DNA of 63,968 bases, filler included, from Octopus bimaculoides (GCF_001194135.2; 5 parts of 5 records of this genome joined end to end with filler, not necessarily neighbours in it); one strand, 5' to 3'; shown: positions 22,465 through 36,741, numbered from the whole stretch's first letter. Numbers and translations: made by a program. The notes: generated from the letters alone by a model not told the origin.

Positions 22465-22665
22465 CATACATATATATATATATGTACTGCACATGTATTT
22501 ATGTGTGTCTGTTTGTCACTTGACAACTGATATTTGTGTGTTTACGCCCCCATAACTTAGCTATTCGGTAAAAGTTTCGATGTCGATTACTTCAACTAAA
22601 AAATAATAAATAAAACCCTTTGAGGCGGTGCTCTAGCATGGTCGCAATAAAATGGCTCAAGCAAT
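22301..22665 (+). mobile_element. SINE family A, 5'-truncated
   Basis: Aligns to the body of 7283-7670, with an expanded (TA)n. Confidence 0.75.
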
Positions 22666-22689
22666 TACAAGAATACCAAAGAAGAGTGG

Positions 22690-22950
22690 TCCCCAATGTG
22701 CAGTCGCGTGTCCGCGCTAGCTAGTCGTGAGTAATCGATCCTACAACAAGCGCGTATGCAATTGAATCCATGTGCGCGTGCGAGCGTATGCAAATTAGTA
22801 CGTGCGCGCATGCGCGCTGTTTTACGGCTGAAATAGCTGGATATATGTAAAAAGTACGTTTTTTGGATCTTTTTTAAAACGGGGGCCACATTTGGGCTAC
22901 TCTCGCGTGTCCGTCACGTGAAACCGTTGAGAATCGACGGGAGCTAACTC
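22690..22950. promoter_or_regulatory. CpG-rich patch, candidate promoter
   Basis: Dense CpG in an AT-rich background; palindromic GCGCGCATGCGCGC (NRF1-like) at ~22804-22817 and CACGTG at ~22915. Confidence 0.4.
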
Positions 22951-23288
22951 ACTTTTAAGCCCTTGCTACAACCACAAATTTATGGTGTTGTGGATACGGT
23001 ACGAAGCCTCGTGAAGTTGATGAAATTAAATGCACAATTGTAAGCATCGGAACGCTAAAAGAAATTTTCAACATCAACTATGAAGTGGCAAATGTTATAT
23101 TGATTATAGAAATGGTGAGAAACAGCAGCTTCTATATCTGACGAAATATTATGAAGTAAAAGCTAAAGGAATTATGTTAATTTGGTTTNNNNNNNNNNNN
23201 NNNNNNNNNNNNNNNNNNNNNNNNNNNNNNNNTTAATTAATTAANNNNNNNNNNNNNNNNNNNNNNNNNNNNNNNNNNNNNNNNNNNN

Positions 23289-23322
<34 letters not shown>

Positions 23323-23681
23323 GTTATCATCCTCATCATCATCATCATCATAACGATTTTATTATTTGCAACGAAGGACGACAGGCACAGTGGACCTCGA
23401 CGGAATTTCAACTCACAACGGGCGAAATATCACTAAGCATTTCATGAGGAGACTAGTAAAAGGAAAGAAGGGATAAATAAATTAGTGATACAAGAGAAAC
23501 TATAAGAATAATCGAGAAACCCTGCCGTTGATATCTCTGCAAACCAAGGTCAAGTGCCGTCTCCGAGTCATTTTCTCCGTCTCACGGCGCTACACTCTTG
23601 CCATTTTCGCAACTTTCACCCACCTTTCATATAAGTTCACTGAACAACAGCACCTCTTCCCCCCTCACTTTCCTTTTCAAG

Positions 23682-23719
23682 TGAAAGTTGAAAATGTCGG
23701 TGAGGTCTCTACCAAAGAG
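23682..23719 (+). other. Candidate 38-nt exon
   Basis: Long polypyrimidine tract plus AAG acceptor and AG|GTATGT donor. Open as (V)KVENVGEVSTKE, or as ATG-initiated MSVRSLPK. Confidence 0.35.
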
Positions 23720-25249
23720 GTATGTCTCTGCTCTTATGCCATTCAGCATCCTCCACCAGACAACTTCTTTCGCTACAGCCACCAGATAAAGGAAAACTAT
23801 CTGAAGTGCCTGAATAAATGAGGGCGGTCTGATTTAAAGATACACCACACCCAACAGAAGCTGTTCGATCTAACTCCATAAGTCAGCAATGACCGCACAC
23901 TGAATCAGTGTGTGCAGAACGGAGGGAATTTTTCACTCTTCACGCACCTCGGACAATCCCGTCTGACAGCACATCCGTACCTGTAGAGTTTATCTTAAGC
24001 GAGTAGTGTCCCCTCGTAGCACTGACAGATCAAGGACATTTGGAAATTATTCTTGGTAGTCCATAACCGGAAAATACCCCGGAACAGACAAGCGAATTCG
24101 TTTTCGTTACATTCGTATCTATGATGATTAATAACATTCCTAGTTCACAAACTTAAAATGGATGGCCATTGTTACAATGATCTTAATGCGACTGCCATTT
24201 TTATTATACATGCACGCACATAAACGCACACGCACGTACACACACACACACACACATACACACACACACACTCACAAACATATAGAAACACGGACAGAAA
24301 CACAGACATTAACACAGACATATTTTCTTCGTCTGTTCATTTCGACTTCTACTTCCCCTCCTCCATCACCGCTTACTCATACTCATCTTCGTCGTCGTCG
24401 TCCTCTTCCTCCTCCCCCTCTTCTTCTTCTCACCTCCTCCTACTTCTTCTTCTTCCCTCCTCCTCCTTCTCCTCTTCCTACCTCTTGTTGTTCTTCTTTT
24501 TCAGATAAATTATGCATGGTGTGCATATATATATATATATANNNNNNNNNNNNNNNNNNNNNNNNNNNNNNNNNNNNNNNNNNNNNNNNNNNNNNNNNNN
24601 NNNNNNNNNNNNNNNNNNNNNNNNNNNNNNNNNNNNNNNNNNNNNNNNNNNNNNNNNNNNNNNNNNNNNNNNNNNATATACACGCGAACAAGTATGGAAT
24701 AATAAGAATATGCCAGTGTATATACCCCCCGCCCTACAAAAAAAAACAACCCAAAAACAAAAACAAAAAGGAGCGAAAGGTAGATATGAGCATACGTTTC
24801 AGTTACTTTGTCATATACGTTCTCATCTGCCACATGTCCACACATAGAAAAACCCATACACACAGACACACACACATGCACACATGCAGGCATACACACA
24901 AATATTCACATCCAAGCAAAAGTCTACTGCTCGCTCACACACACGCATACACACACACACACGCGCGCGCGCGCACACACATACATACACATATCTTTTA
25001 TATATAATATATGTGTTTTAGTAAATTAAATCTGATCTGAATATTGACATTGAACGGCATCTCTTACTCGAATAAAAAGAAATATATACACGCACAATGC
25101 ACACACACAAACATACACACACGCGCACGGACACGCACATATATGTATACATGTGTATGTATGTATGCATGTATGTATGTATGAATATATTTCTTTTTGT
25201 ATAAATATGTATGTGTGTATGTATGTAAGTATGCATATATATATGCATA

Positions 25250-25307
<58 letters not shown>

Positions 25308-25710
25308 CATATATATATATATAANNNNNNNNNNNNNNNNNNNNNNNNNNNNNNNNNNNNNNNNNNNNNNNNNNNNNNNNNNNNNNNNNNNNNNNNNNNN
25401 NNNNNNNNNNNNNNNNNNNNNNNNNNNNNNNNNNNNNNNNNNNNNNNNNNNNNNNNNNNNNNNNNNNNNNNNNNNNNNNNNNNNNNNNNNNNNNNNNNNN
25501 NNNNNNNNNNNNNNNNNNTATATGTATGTATGTATGCATGTATGTATGTATGCATACATACACACACAGTTTTCTTTCTTTAAAAGCTGTCAGGGGACAA
25601 TTGTTGAACAAACTCAACTCATAAAATATAAGTGTGGTGGAATTTCAAAATATGCAACTTGCTTCAAGACTTTTGATATCAACAATTGAAAGTATTCTCT
25701 CTATTTCCAT

Positions 25711-25744
<34 letters not shown>

Positions 25745-25759
25745 AGGTTGTTGTTGTTG

Positions 25760-25812
<53 letters not shown>

Positions 25813-26792
25813 TTGCTCAGCTGAAATAATATGCAATAAAGCTGCATTATGTTTTTGGCTTATGTAGATTCAGTATTTCTTTTTTTCGTCTTCTTAAATT
25901 GAATTCAATAAACATATATAATGTCTAAATTTTTCCATTTTTTTTTTGTTACCATAAATATTTGAACCGATTTAAAGTTTACACAATAGTGCTGTTGTTT
26001 ATCATAAACATATATTTTTTTGTTTAGGATAATTTGAAATTCTAGGAAACAGAAAAATATATTTGAAGGAGCCTTATTTCCTTTAACTTAACTCGATTAG
26101 ATCAAAAGACAATGAATTGGAGATCTCAACGGAGAGAAAAAAATTTTATCATTTTAAAATTTGCTTAACAAGAATGCGGTTTCAGTTTTCCGTTGAAATC
26201 ATCTCGCATATAAACACACAACCGTGCGCCCAACATACTTACACACACACACAGACGTAATGCATATATACATATATACATACATACATACATACATACA
26301 TGCATACATAGTCCGCACTGCTATCATGATAACCAACGTTATTTATGATTTAATTATAAGTTTAAAAGCTGAATCAAGCGACAGTAGTTCCAACTGGATG
26401 AATGCTCCAAGCTGTTAGAATGCACAACTCTCCGATATACAAGTGGCTATAAACTGTCAGCAGAAGGGGATACAAGAGTCATGACGTGGTTACGGCCTGG
26501 CCTGGCCCCTTTAGAGTGCAAGAAGTTAAGGGCCGAAACACTTGCTCGAAAGGCGTTTCTTCTCTGAACACTCTTGAGAGTTTCGTATCATTCGCACTGG
26601 AAGGATGGTTTGGGTACAGAAACGAGGTGCAACAGTTCAGTGACGTTCCGACAAAGCAAATCTCTTTGTTTTCATGTTCATGTGTTGCACAGGTCAAATG
26701 CTTTGTTTCATTTCTTCCTGTACTTCCGTTTTGAGTTCACACCCCATTGAGGGGAAGATAAAGTAAACTTTGCTAAATTTTAACCAATCGAA

Positions 26793-26977
26793 AGTTTCTG
26801 TCATTTGACTGCGACCATGCTGGAGCACCGCCTTTAGTCGAACAAATCGACTCCAGGACTTATTCTTTGTAAGCCTTGTACTTATTCTATCAGAACCGCT
26901 ATGTTACAGGGACGTAAACACACTAACATCGTTTGTCAAGCGATGGTGGCGGGGGACAAACACAGACGCAAAACTAC

Positions 26978-27035
<58 letters not shown>

Positions 27036-27207
27036 GTATATATACGACAGGCTTCTTTCGGTTTCCGTCTACCAAATCCACTCACAAGGCTTTGGTCGGC
27101 CAGAGGCTATAGTAAAAGTCACTTGCTCAAGGTGCCACGCAGTGGGACTGAACCCGGAATCATGTTGTTATGAAGCAAACTTATTACCACACAGCTACTG
27201 CTGCGCA
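26793..27207 (-). mobile_element. SINE family A (full length)
   Basis: Reverse complement of 7283-7670. Confidence 0.85.
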
Positions 27208-28230
27208 TATGCACAATCGTATGAATTCCCATGTACAAATTACAAATTCGTAAGAAATTTCTGGAAATTCCCCAAAATAATAAAAGTTATGAGGAATTAC
27301 ATGGCGTGCGTAAAGCAGAATTCCGCCAATATTTCATTTGTTTACAGTTGCCAGCATGTGCTGTCACGCACAAAATGATAGCATCCAAATCCTGTTTCCT
27401 GACTGGGTAAAATGGCCAAAATTTAAACCTTTGTAACTTAAAAAAAAAGAAAAAAATTCTGAAAAAAGTGAATTAGGTCTTGAGATTCAGCGTGGAAAAT
27501 TACATCTATACACCAAACTTTAAAATTTTCACTAAACTGAAATTTCCACAGGTGCAGCCAAACAGAAAAAGATCCGATAAAATAAAGCAACAGCGGCTGC
27601 TATTGTTGTTAGTGTAGTTATCGGAGATATGGTTGTTCCGACGCTTTAGTAAATGTTCTTACTTTCAGTATTGTTTCTGTTGTTGTTGTTGTTGTTAGTG
27701 TTGTGTTGCTTTGTTCCCCTCCCTTCAAAACTGCTGGCCCTCTGCACGGTTCAGAAACAATTTTTATTGACATTGTCGTTGTTAATGCTATTACAGTTGC
27801 TCACTATTACAACAACAGCAACCAGCATTACTACAACAATAACAACAACGTCAACTAATAATTCTGCTACCACCTCCAGAGCTGCTGCGGCTACACTTAC
27901 GCTCACTTACATCACTAACGAACTTCAGGACTCAAAAGGCGGCAGCTTAACCCGGTTTCGACGATTCTAAGTTACTGAGATTACAGCACTTTCCTTGAAT
28001 GGGACGACAGTCCTTCATAGGTTTAATTTCCCAGATATTGCTGGAACTTATTTACAGCTGAGTGGACTGGAATAATGTGAAATAAAATATTTTGCTCAAA
28101 AACACAACGCAATGCCCGCTCTGGGAACCGAAACCGCGACCTTACGATCGCGAGTTCAACATCATAACCACTAGGCTACAAGGCATTGTTAAATTGTTTT
28201 AATTTCGTGTTGTCATGTTGTTGAACGAAA

Positions 28231-28465
28231 AGGCGGGGAGATGGCAGAATCGTTAGCGCGCCGATCGAAATGCTTAGTGGTATTTCATCTGTCGTTACGT
28301 TCTAGGTTCAAATTCCGCCGAGGTCGACTTTGCCTTTTATCCTTTCAGGATCGATAAATTAAGTACCAGTTACGCAGTTGGGGTCGATGTAATCGCCTTA
28401 ATACCTTTGTCTGTCCTTATTTGTCCCCTCTATGTTTAACCTTTTGTGGACAATAAAGAAATAAG
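28231..28465 (+). mobile_element. tRNA-derived SINE, family D
   Basis: GGCGGGGAGATGGCAGAATCGTTAGC...GGTTCAAATTCCGCCGAGGTCGACTTTGCC; at least eight copies in the window. Confidence 0.8.
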
Positions 28466-28790
28466 AATCGTTAGCACGCCGGGTGAAATGTTTAGCGGAA
28501 TTTTGTCTGTCTTTACTTCAACCCCAAAGAATTCCTCTCAACACATGGCTATGGTGATACCCCACTTATTCTCTTCAGATATGCACTACGGGACATGCTC
28601 AACTGGTTAAATTCAAGGAACTGACAAGCAAATCTGTGGTATTGAGCAGAATATTTGTTGTAGCCCATCTTTTATACCAAGACAAAACATGTACATGATA
28701 ACACTTCGAATCAGTTGAAGATGAGAAGCCATGAGAGTCAGTGCCTGATACTGCATCCGGGCATTTTGTTATTGTCATTATTATTAGTTA

Positions 28791-29012
28791 AGGTGGCAAG
28801 CTGGCGGAATCGTTAGCACGCTGGACAAAATGCTTAGATGCATTTTGTTCGTCTTTACTTTCTAAGTTAAAATTCCGCCGCTCTCGACTTTGCTTTTTAT
28901 CCTTTTGGACTCGATAAAATAAGTACCAGTTGACCACTGGGGTCAATGTAATCGAGTTAACCTCTCCCTTGAAATTGCTGGCCTTGTACCAAAATTTGAA
29001 ACCGATATGTTG
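28791..29012 (+). mobile_element. SINE family D
   Basis: Aligns to 28231-28465 over the head and body. Confidence 0.75.
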
Positions 29013-29099
29013 TTGATTGTAAATACTTGTTTGACTGGCACAGTTTAGGTTTCTGAGACATAATAACACACAACAAGGTTAGTGAGAAAGAAAGACAAT

Positions 29100-29950
29100 A
29101 TGTGTCAGAATTAAATGAGACAATGGCGAAAGCGAGTTGGATGGGGGAAGGGGATGAGAGAGAGGAAGAGACCTGGAGAGAAAGAGAGAGAGAAGTTGAG
29201 GCTGACGTTAGCGAAAACAGACAGGAAAGTGAAGGTGAGTTGTTAGTGTAAAGAATAAAAAGAAAATGAATGTCTAAAAGAAAGTTGAGGAAAGTACAGG
29301 AGAAAAAACAGAACGGGGTAGAGGAATAAGTGAAGAAAACAAGAGATCAAGAATGAAAGAAAGACTGAAAAGGTAGAAGGAAGGAAAGAGACAGAAGGAA
29401 AGAAAGAGAGAATGAAAGGAAAAAAAACAAAAAGAAAGAACGGAAGAAAGGAAAAGGAGAGAACGATGTCGTAAGTTAAAAATAAGTGAAAAAAAGAAGG
29501 AATGAAACTGTAAGAAAGAAAATTAGAAGTAAAGCTGGAAGGAAGAATTAAAGAGGAAAAAGGGGAAAAATATAAGGGAGAAGAGGTAAAGGAGAAAATA
29601 GTAAAAACGAAGTAATGATTGGGGGAGGGTTATGGAAGAAAGAGAAAGGTATACGAAGGAAAGACTACGAAGAAGAAACAATGAGAGAATGAGATGAAAA
29701 AAAGACAGAAAGAAAGAAATTAAGAGAGTAGAGAAATGGGGAGAAAAACAAATTAAGTTGGAAAGAAAGGTAAGAAACAAGATAAGGAAGATGATAAAAG
29801 TGAAAGAATAAAGAAAATGAAGAGAAGAAAAGCAATGAAACTGCAAACGTACTGAAAAACAGAAGAGAAAGATGGATAGAAAGAAGAAAAAGAAAGAAAA
29901 GGTCTAAATAAAATGAAAAAAAAACATAAATGAAAATAAAAGGTAAATAT
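29100..29950. repeat. Purine-rich (GA/AAG) low-complexity tract
   Basis: Almost exclusively A/G on the + strand. Confidence 0.85.
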
Positions 29951-30581
29951 TTAACAAAGATGTTTTTGTATTTTTGTAAATTAATATGTACTTGAATAGA
30001 TGAAGAAATATTTTCCCGCTCATCATTTTTTTGTCATTCTTTTGGCAGACATTTTGTTTTATTCATTTTCTTTTTCTCTCTCCCCTCCATAAAATCGAAC
30101 TAATCATCACAATTCTTAACCCGATTGTTCATTTGTTTTGCTTTATTTATTTTTTTATATTTAAATTACATTTTTGTTCCTTTTTATTTTATTCTTATCT
30201 TTCGTTCTCTTCCCCTTTCTTTTTTCTTTCTTTTTTCTTTCTTTTCCTTCTATTCCTTGGCATATGTTTACATCTTATGATACTTGTTTACTACGGAGTT
30301 TTCAACACATTTTTCCTACTCATGTTTATTGTCTCTGTTGTTATTGTTGCTGTCGTTGTTATTCGATTTGTTGTTTCTGTTGTAATGTTGCTGTCACAAA
30401 TATTGTTGTTGTTGTACCATTGTTCTTTCTAGTGTTATTGCTGTTGTTATAGTTACCTTGCTAAAATTGACATTGGTCTGTTTATTGTACTGCTTTAGTA
30501 TAAATTCTTATAATTTTTGTCCTTCGTATTTGCTTCTAGTTGTAGTCGATACACTTGTTTCTCTTGTACAACTATCGTATA

Positions 30582-30700
30582 TACAGTGGAACCTCATTTT
30601 GCGAACGCCTCTTAGCAAATCGGTTTACGAACAATTATTCGGACATAAAACGTCTCTGGTTAAGAACAGTGTCTCGAATAATCGACTTACACCTCCCGAA
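30582..30700. mobile_element. Tigger/pogo-like DNA transposon terminus
   Basis: TA-CAGTGGAACCTC end followed by repeated GGTTTACGAAC-like motifs; no partner end found. Confidence 0.45.
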
Positions 30701-30903
30701 ATCGCAAGCTTTGTGCCAAAACTCTAAACCAGTATTATGCAATAAAGCATATTTGTTCACTCCAATCTCTCCTGTTTACGCATATTTTAAATATATACTC
30801 TACGGACATTCATAGATTTCCGGGTGTATCTTCATTAATACGATCGGTTTCCTTTGTGAAGCTGCACTTGATGTCAATAACCGTGGACGAGCTTCCTAAG
30901 CAA

Positions 30904-30941
<38 letters not shown>

Positions 30942-31094
30942 CGGTGTGAATGGTTTTGTTTAGCGGTGTCAAGTTTTGCAATTCTGTAAATAATAATAAT
31001 GGTCCTTTTTTATAAGCTTAAAGCTTATAGCGATCACCGTGCAAATGACTAAGGAAAATAGTCTAATAATGGGGCATATAAGCCCTTGACAGAA

Positions 31095-31266
31095 AAAAGT
31101 AAGATTAGATCAACCCTAGTACGCATCTGGCACTTAATTTATCGACCTCGAAAGGATGAGAGGCAAAGTCGACCCCAGCGGAATTTGAACTCAGAACATA
31201 AAGACAGACGAAATACCGCTAAGCATTTCGCCCGGTATGCTAACGATTCTGCCAGTTCACTGCTTT
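31095..31266 (-). mobile_element. SINE family D
   Basis: Reverse complement of the family D head and body. Confidence 0.75.
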
Positions 31267-33529
31267 TACAGCGGAGATTTTTGGAAAGGGATTTAGTTTG
31301 ACTGGACCACATTGGCGACAGTATACAGATTGCTAAATCAAACGACTTATCGAGCATGGTAATAACGACTTGAAATCGGAATAAGGCGATCTTCGAATTT
31401 TATAGGAGATTTGACACGAGGCTATGGAGCTTATTTTCTTTCAAGCCAATGAGCGATACATTTGAGTGAAATATGCATAAAATTGTCTTATGATTAATGA
31501 AAGTTTCTTTCTTGAACCAACAAGTATCTAAAATAACGCATTTTACATGATTATAATAAGCAGAGATCTTTAGTGCCTTAATATTTCAAAATCATACAAG
31601 AATAAGAAGAAAGTAAACTCTACAGACTTATTCTTTTAGTCAGGAAGTGTACCTGAACTTAAGAAAGATATAAACTTCTCTCAGAGTTTAAGCTGAATCG
31701 TAATAATAATTCTTATAATTCTTCTTAAGACCGGATTTAATCTAACTTGGATTTAGACGAAAATTATTTTGGCCAATGTCAGATAAGAATCTTAGTTGTT
31801 TGTCGGGTTATTGTAAGTCGCTTGCTAACTTTATAAAATCTCAGACAAATCAGGACCCAAGTCTGTATAGATTGTGCTCGTGTCATGTATGTTTTCCATA
31901 AGTATTCGGAGATTGAAAATTAGAAAAAACTGAAATATGGAATATTAAAGTTATTATCGAAGGAACAAACGCTCAGCGTTGTAGAAAGATGTCAGCATAT
32001 GAACAGAATATAAATCTATTACTGCAACATAAGTTACAAATAAGAAGAACGGTATAAACCAAATGCAAGCAGCAACTATAATCGGAATAACAAAACTAAT
32101 AAAGAGAAAATCATAATTTGTGTCAACAAAAACAAGAGCAACCTCAACAAAAACTGCAATACCATAAATAGCAACGACAAACATAAAATTTCAATAGAAA
32201 CATAAACAACAACAATCGAAATAACTTTGATATTGTTGTCGACGTTATTTGTCGTCGTCACCACTACCATCAGCAAACGTCTCACTACAACCACCATCAC
32301 AAACACCACTACCACCAGCAGTGTCTCCAACAGCAGCGGCACAAGCACCAGCACCAACAGAACCATCGATACCAGCAGCAGCAGTAGCGGCACCGGCACC
32401 ACCACCACCATCTATAATGTCATGGGCAAAGTATGAAGAACTCTTGTATCAAAACCATGTAATGTAAGTACCAGCACCACCACTACCAATACCACTACCA
32501 CCACCACCACCACCACCACCACCACCACCACCACANNNNNNNNNNNNNNNNNNNNNNNNNNNNNNNNNNNNNNNNNNNNNNNNNNNNNNNNNNNNNNNNN
32601 NNNNNNNNNNNNNNNNNNNNNNNNNNNNNNNNNNNNNNNNNNNNNNNNNNNNNNNNNNNNNNNNNNNNNNNNNNNNNNNNNNNNNNNNNNNNNNNNNNNN
32701 NNNNNNNNNNNNNNNNNNNNNNNNNNNNNNNNNNNNNNNNNNNNNNNNNNNNNNNNNNNNNNNNNNNNNNNNNNNNNNNNNNNNNNNNNNNNNNNNNNNN
32801 NNNNNNNNNNNNNNNNNNNNNNNNNNNNNNNNNNNNNNNNNNNNNNNNNNNNNNNNNNNNNNNNNNNNNNNNNNNNNNNNNNNNNNNNNNNNNNNNNNNN
32901 NNNNNNNNNNNNNNNNNNNNNNNNNNNNNNNNNNNNNNNNNNNNNNNNNNNNNNNNNNNNNNNNNNNNNNNNNNNNNNNNNNNNNNNNNNNNNNNNNNNN
33001 NNNNNNNNNNNNNNNNNNNNNNNNNNNNNNNNNNNNNNNNNNNNNNNNNNNNNNNNNNNNNNNNNNNNNNNNNNNNNNNNNNNNNNNNNNNNNNNNNNNN
33101 NNNNNNNNNNNNNNNNNNNNNNNNNNNNNNNNNNNNNNNNNNNNNNNNNNNNNNNNNNNNNNNNNNNNNNNNNNNNNNNNNNNNNNNNNNNNNNNNNNNN
33201 NNNNNNNNNNNNNNNNNNNNNNNNNNNNNNNNNNNNNNNNNNNNNNNNNNNNNNNNNNNNNNNNNNNNNNNNNNNNNNNNNNNNNNNNNNNNNNNNNNNN
33301 NNNNNNNNNNNNNNNNNNNNNNNNNNNNNNNNNNNNNNNNNNNNNNNNNNNNNNNNNNNNNNNNNNNNNNNNNNNNNNNNNNNNNNNNNNNNNNNAATTT
33401 CAGCTAATTTCGATGGACATGGAAAGCGGACGTTGAATTCGGTAAATCTATCGACTTCTACCTACAGACACGTATATTTGTTACTGACTAGCTCATTCAT
33501 ATTCGATTGATATTGGTTACAAATTTTGG

Positions 33530-33725
33530 CACAACACCAGCAATTTCAGAGGAGTTGGGGGATAACGTCGTTCCCCTTGCTTAACTGGTACTTATTTTAT
33601 CAACTTCTAAAAGATAAAAGGTGAAGTCGATCTCGGCTGAATTTGAACTCAGAACGCAAAGACGGACGAATGCCGCAAAGCATTTTACCCGTCTTGCTAA
33701 TGTTTCTGCCAGCTCGCTGCCTTAT
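33530..33725 (-). mobile_element. SINE family D
   Basis: Reverse complement of family D. Confidence 0.7.
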
Positions 33726-33953
33726 ATTTGATTAATATTGAATTACAAAAAGGCCAAGGAATGATCATGGTGACAATAATGATAAATAATATGATAGAGG
33801 GAGATTGCCTGATGCTGTTGTTGATGGTGACAATGATATTCGTATATTAAGTGGGCACAATGTCAGAAATACAGAGGGAAGGGAGAAGTGGATTGCATCG
33901 CCCCACAACTTCACTAGCATTTTATTGTATGGACCCTAGAGACATATCAGGCA

Positions 33954-34010
<57 letters not shown>

Positions 34011-34110
34011 NNNNNNNNNNNNNNNNNNNNNNNNNNNNNNNNNNNNNNNNNNNNTTAATTAATTAANNNNNNNNNNNNNNNNNNNNNNNNNNNNNNNNNN
34101 NNNNNNNNNN

Positions 34111-34153
<43 letters not shown>

Positions 34154-35189
34154 TTATATTTATATATGTTTGTATGTATGTAGATATCTATATACGCTAT
34201 CTATATACACACATATGTACATACCGACAAACATACACAAGTTTGTGCCAACAAGCGCACATACCTCATTATGAGTGAAATTGCTTTTATGTGTGTGAGA
34301 CAGCATGGCGTGCCTGCATAAGATGTAGTACAAGTGAATATACCTATGAGAGGAAGAGAAATAGTAAGTATACATGGTGGGAGAGTGTGTATGTGTGTAG
34401 GTGAGTGAGAAAGAGTAAGACGGTGAGAGAAAGAGAGGAATAGGTTGAGAGATATATTGATAGATAGCTAGATAGATAGATAGAGACAGAGAGGGAGGAG
34501 TAGAAAGAAAGAGATAGATATAGTACGTGTGTTTGTGTGCCATACAGTATGCTAACCCAGCAGTTTTCAAACTCTGAAATACTGCAATCCCGACAATATT
34601 GAAATTTCTTACTCCTGCGCCCCATCTCTGTTAATTTCAAGTCAATATTGAGTTCATGATGTCTTCCAGCAGTTTACCCTTGACCTAGACAAGTATTAAT
34701 TGTACTAAAGGCGGCAATATGTCTGCTTCCTTTCAATATTCACAGGTATCACGTCCGCGTGAGAAACACGAGGTAAATGTGTGACTGCGTAATTATGTAT
34801 GTGTGAATAAATATAGGTGCATTTCATAAATGCATATACATATGAACGTTTGTGCAATTCGGTTCCGGTATGCAGATATGTATGCATCACTAGTGGTGGA
34901 ATTGAGCGACAATAAAAGAGAGGAGGAGTCTATTAAGAGCAGCATCTTAGAACATATACGGAAACGTTTTCTCTTTATGAATATTACAGATTTTTGATGA
35001 AACGGGTTTGTGCCATTTCATCAATTAAACACCTTCGTATCCGTCAGTCTGAGAAATTGTATAGTAAAATATATGCAAATTCGCTTGCTATGTTGCGCTG
35101 AGGGAACATTTATAGAATTGATCTGCCTCTTGCAAAATGTTGCATCAATACAACTAACGATAACTAATCAACGAACTTTATCTGTCCTC

Positions 35190-35220
<31 letters not shown>

Positions 35221-35488
35221 NNNNNNNNNNNNNNNNNNNNNNNNNNNNNNNNNNNNNNNNNNNNNNNNNNNNNNNNNNNNNNNNNNNNNNNNNNNNNNNN
35301 NNNNNNNNNNNNNNNNNNNNNNNNNNNNNNNNNNNNNNNNNNNNNNNNNNNNNNNNNNNNNNNNNNNNNNNNNNNNNNNNNNNNNNNNNNNNNNNNNNNN
35401 GAGAATATACAAAAAATAACAACAGACGAGGACAGGTGGTGTAAATAACAAAAGTATATATTAGTATGACGCTCGGGAATACGGAAAG

Positions 35489-35525
35489 TCTTTGACGTTT
35501 CGAGCTACGCTCTTCAACAGAAAGA
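35489..35525 (-). ncRNA. Minimal type I hammerhead motif (CUGUUGA core variant)
   Basis: UCUUU-CUGUUGA-A-GAGC GUA GCUC-GAAAC-GUC-AAAGA: stem I 5 bp, stem II 4 bp, palindromic ACGU stem III. Confidence 0.5.
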
Positions 35526-36340
35526 ATACGGAGACAAGGAGAAAAATACGGAGAAAAAAAATTGAATAGTGTTCAGTCAACGGTCAATCATAATAATATA
35601 TATGTATATATGTTTATGTATATATAAATATATATACACACATACATATATATATGTAAATACATAATAATACAAATGATATATGAGCATATGCATGTAT
35701 AGATACATATATGTCCATACCTACATCTGCATGTATATATAGATGCATATCCGGGTACAGGACGTCAGAAAAGGAACGGGAACATAAAGCACAAAAACGG
35801 ACTTTTTTTTACGGACAACAAAACGAACACATAGGAAAACAGACGAGCCACTTATGGGACTTTTTCTTCGTCAGCTGCCTCTATTCTAAACTAGGCGTTA
35901 TACATACGTACACACACACACACACACACACATAATATATATATATATATATATATAAATGTGTGTGTGTATGTGTGTATGTATATATGGGTACATGGAA
36001 ATATGCAACGGCATTCGCATATGTAAATAAACGTATATTTATCTCTGCGTGGATGTATGCATATATCATATATGTATTAGATATTACAATGTTTTATGCA
36101 ATACATACACACATACAGACATACACTCACATACACACACTCAGAGGAATAGTCAATTTGTTACCTCTCTATTTTCAATTAAAACGCCTATTTGTAAGCT
36201 GCCACTCACAGTTACATAGTTATTTCAGACTGGTATTAGATTTCATATGCAAAACTGTAACTGATACGCCGATATGTCATTTCTCAGTAATATAATGATA
36301 ATAATAATAATAATAATATTGTTATTATTATTAATATTAA

Positions 36341-36417
<77 letters not shown>

Positions 36418-36418
<1 letters not shown>

Positions 36419-36625
36419 GGCGGTGAGCTGGCAGTATCGTTAGCACGGTGGACGAAATGATTAGCGGTGATCCGCACTTTGCTACGTTGTGAGTTCAAAT
36501 CCCACCGAGGCCAACTTTGCCTTTCACCCTTTCTAGGTCGATAAATTAAGTATCATTGTAATGCTAGAGTTGATGTAATCGACTAGCGAACATAATTTCA
36601 GGCCTTGTCCCTTTAGCAGAAAGGA
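36418..36625 (+). mobile_element. SINE family D
   Basis: Aligns to family D; inserted at the end of a (TTA)n run. Confidence 0.75.
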
Positions 36626-36710
36626 ATGGTGATGATCGTACCGTCGCCCTCCTTAAAAACGGGGCACCATGGATCGAGTGAGTGAGTGAGCGAGTGAGTG
36701 AGTGAGGAAA

Positions 36711-36741
<31 letters not shown>

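Noticed and set aside
23233-23244. TTAATTAATTAA islands inside N runs (also 34055-34066, 49291-49302, 62245-62256)
   Set aside because: Identical 12-mer centred in N padding that gives stops in all six frames; an assembly gap spacer, not biology.
23818-24018. Possible mariner-like MITE (GAGGG...CCCCTCGTA ends)
   Set aside because: Termini match each other too poorly to call.
24162-25867. Numerous ORFs rich in YI/HT/CV/poly-L, here and throughout 34-58 kb
   Set aside because: Translations of (TA)n, (CA)n and trinucleotide microsatellites, often spanning N gaps.
29100-30270. Purine tract followed by a pyrimidine tract, possible triplex or hairpin
   Set aside because: Irregular low-complexity sequence with no extended mirror or inverted identity.
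32249-32467. Pro/Ala-rich 72-aa ORF ending SWAKYEELLYQNHVM
   Set aside because: Mostly CAC/CAG low-complexity sequence; no recognisable domain or convincing splice acceptor.
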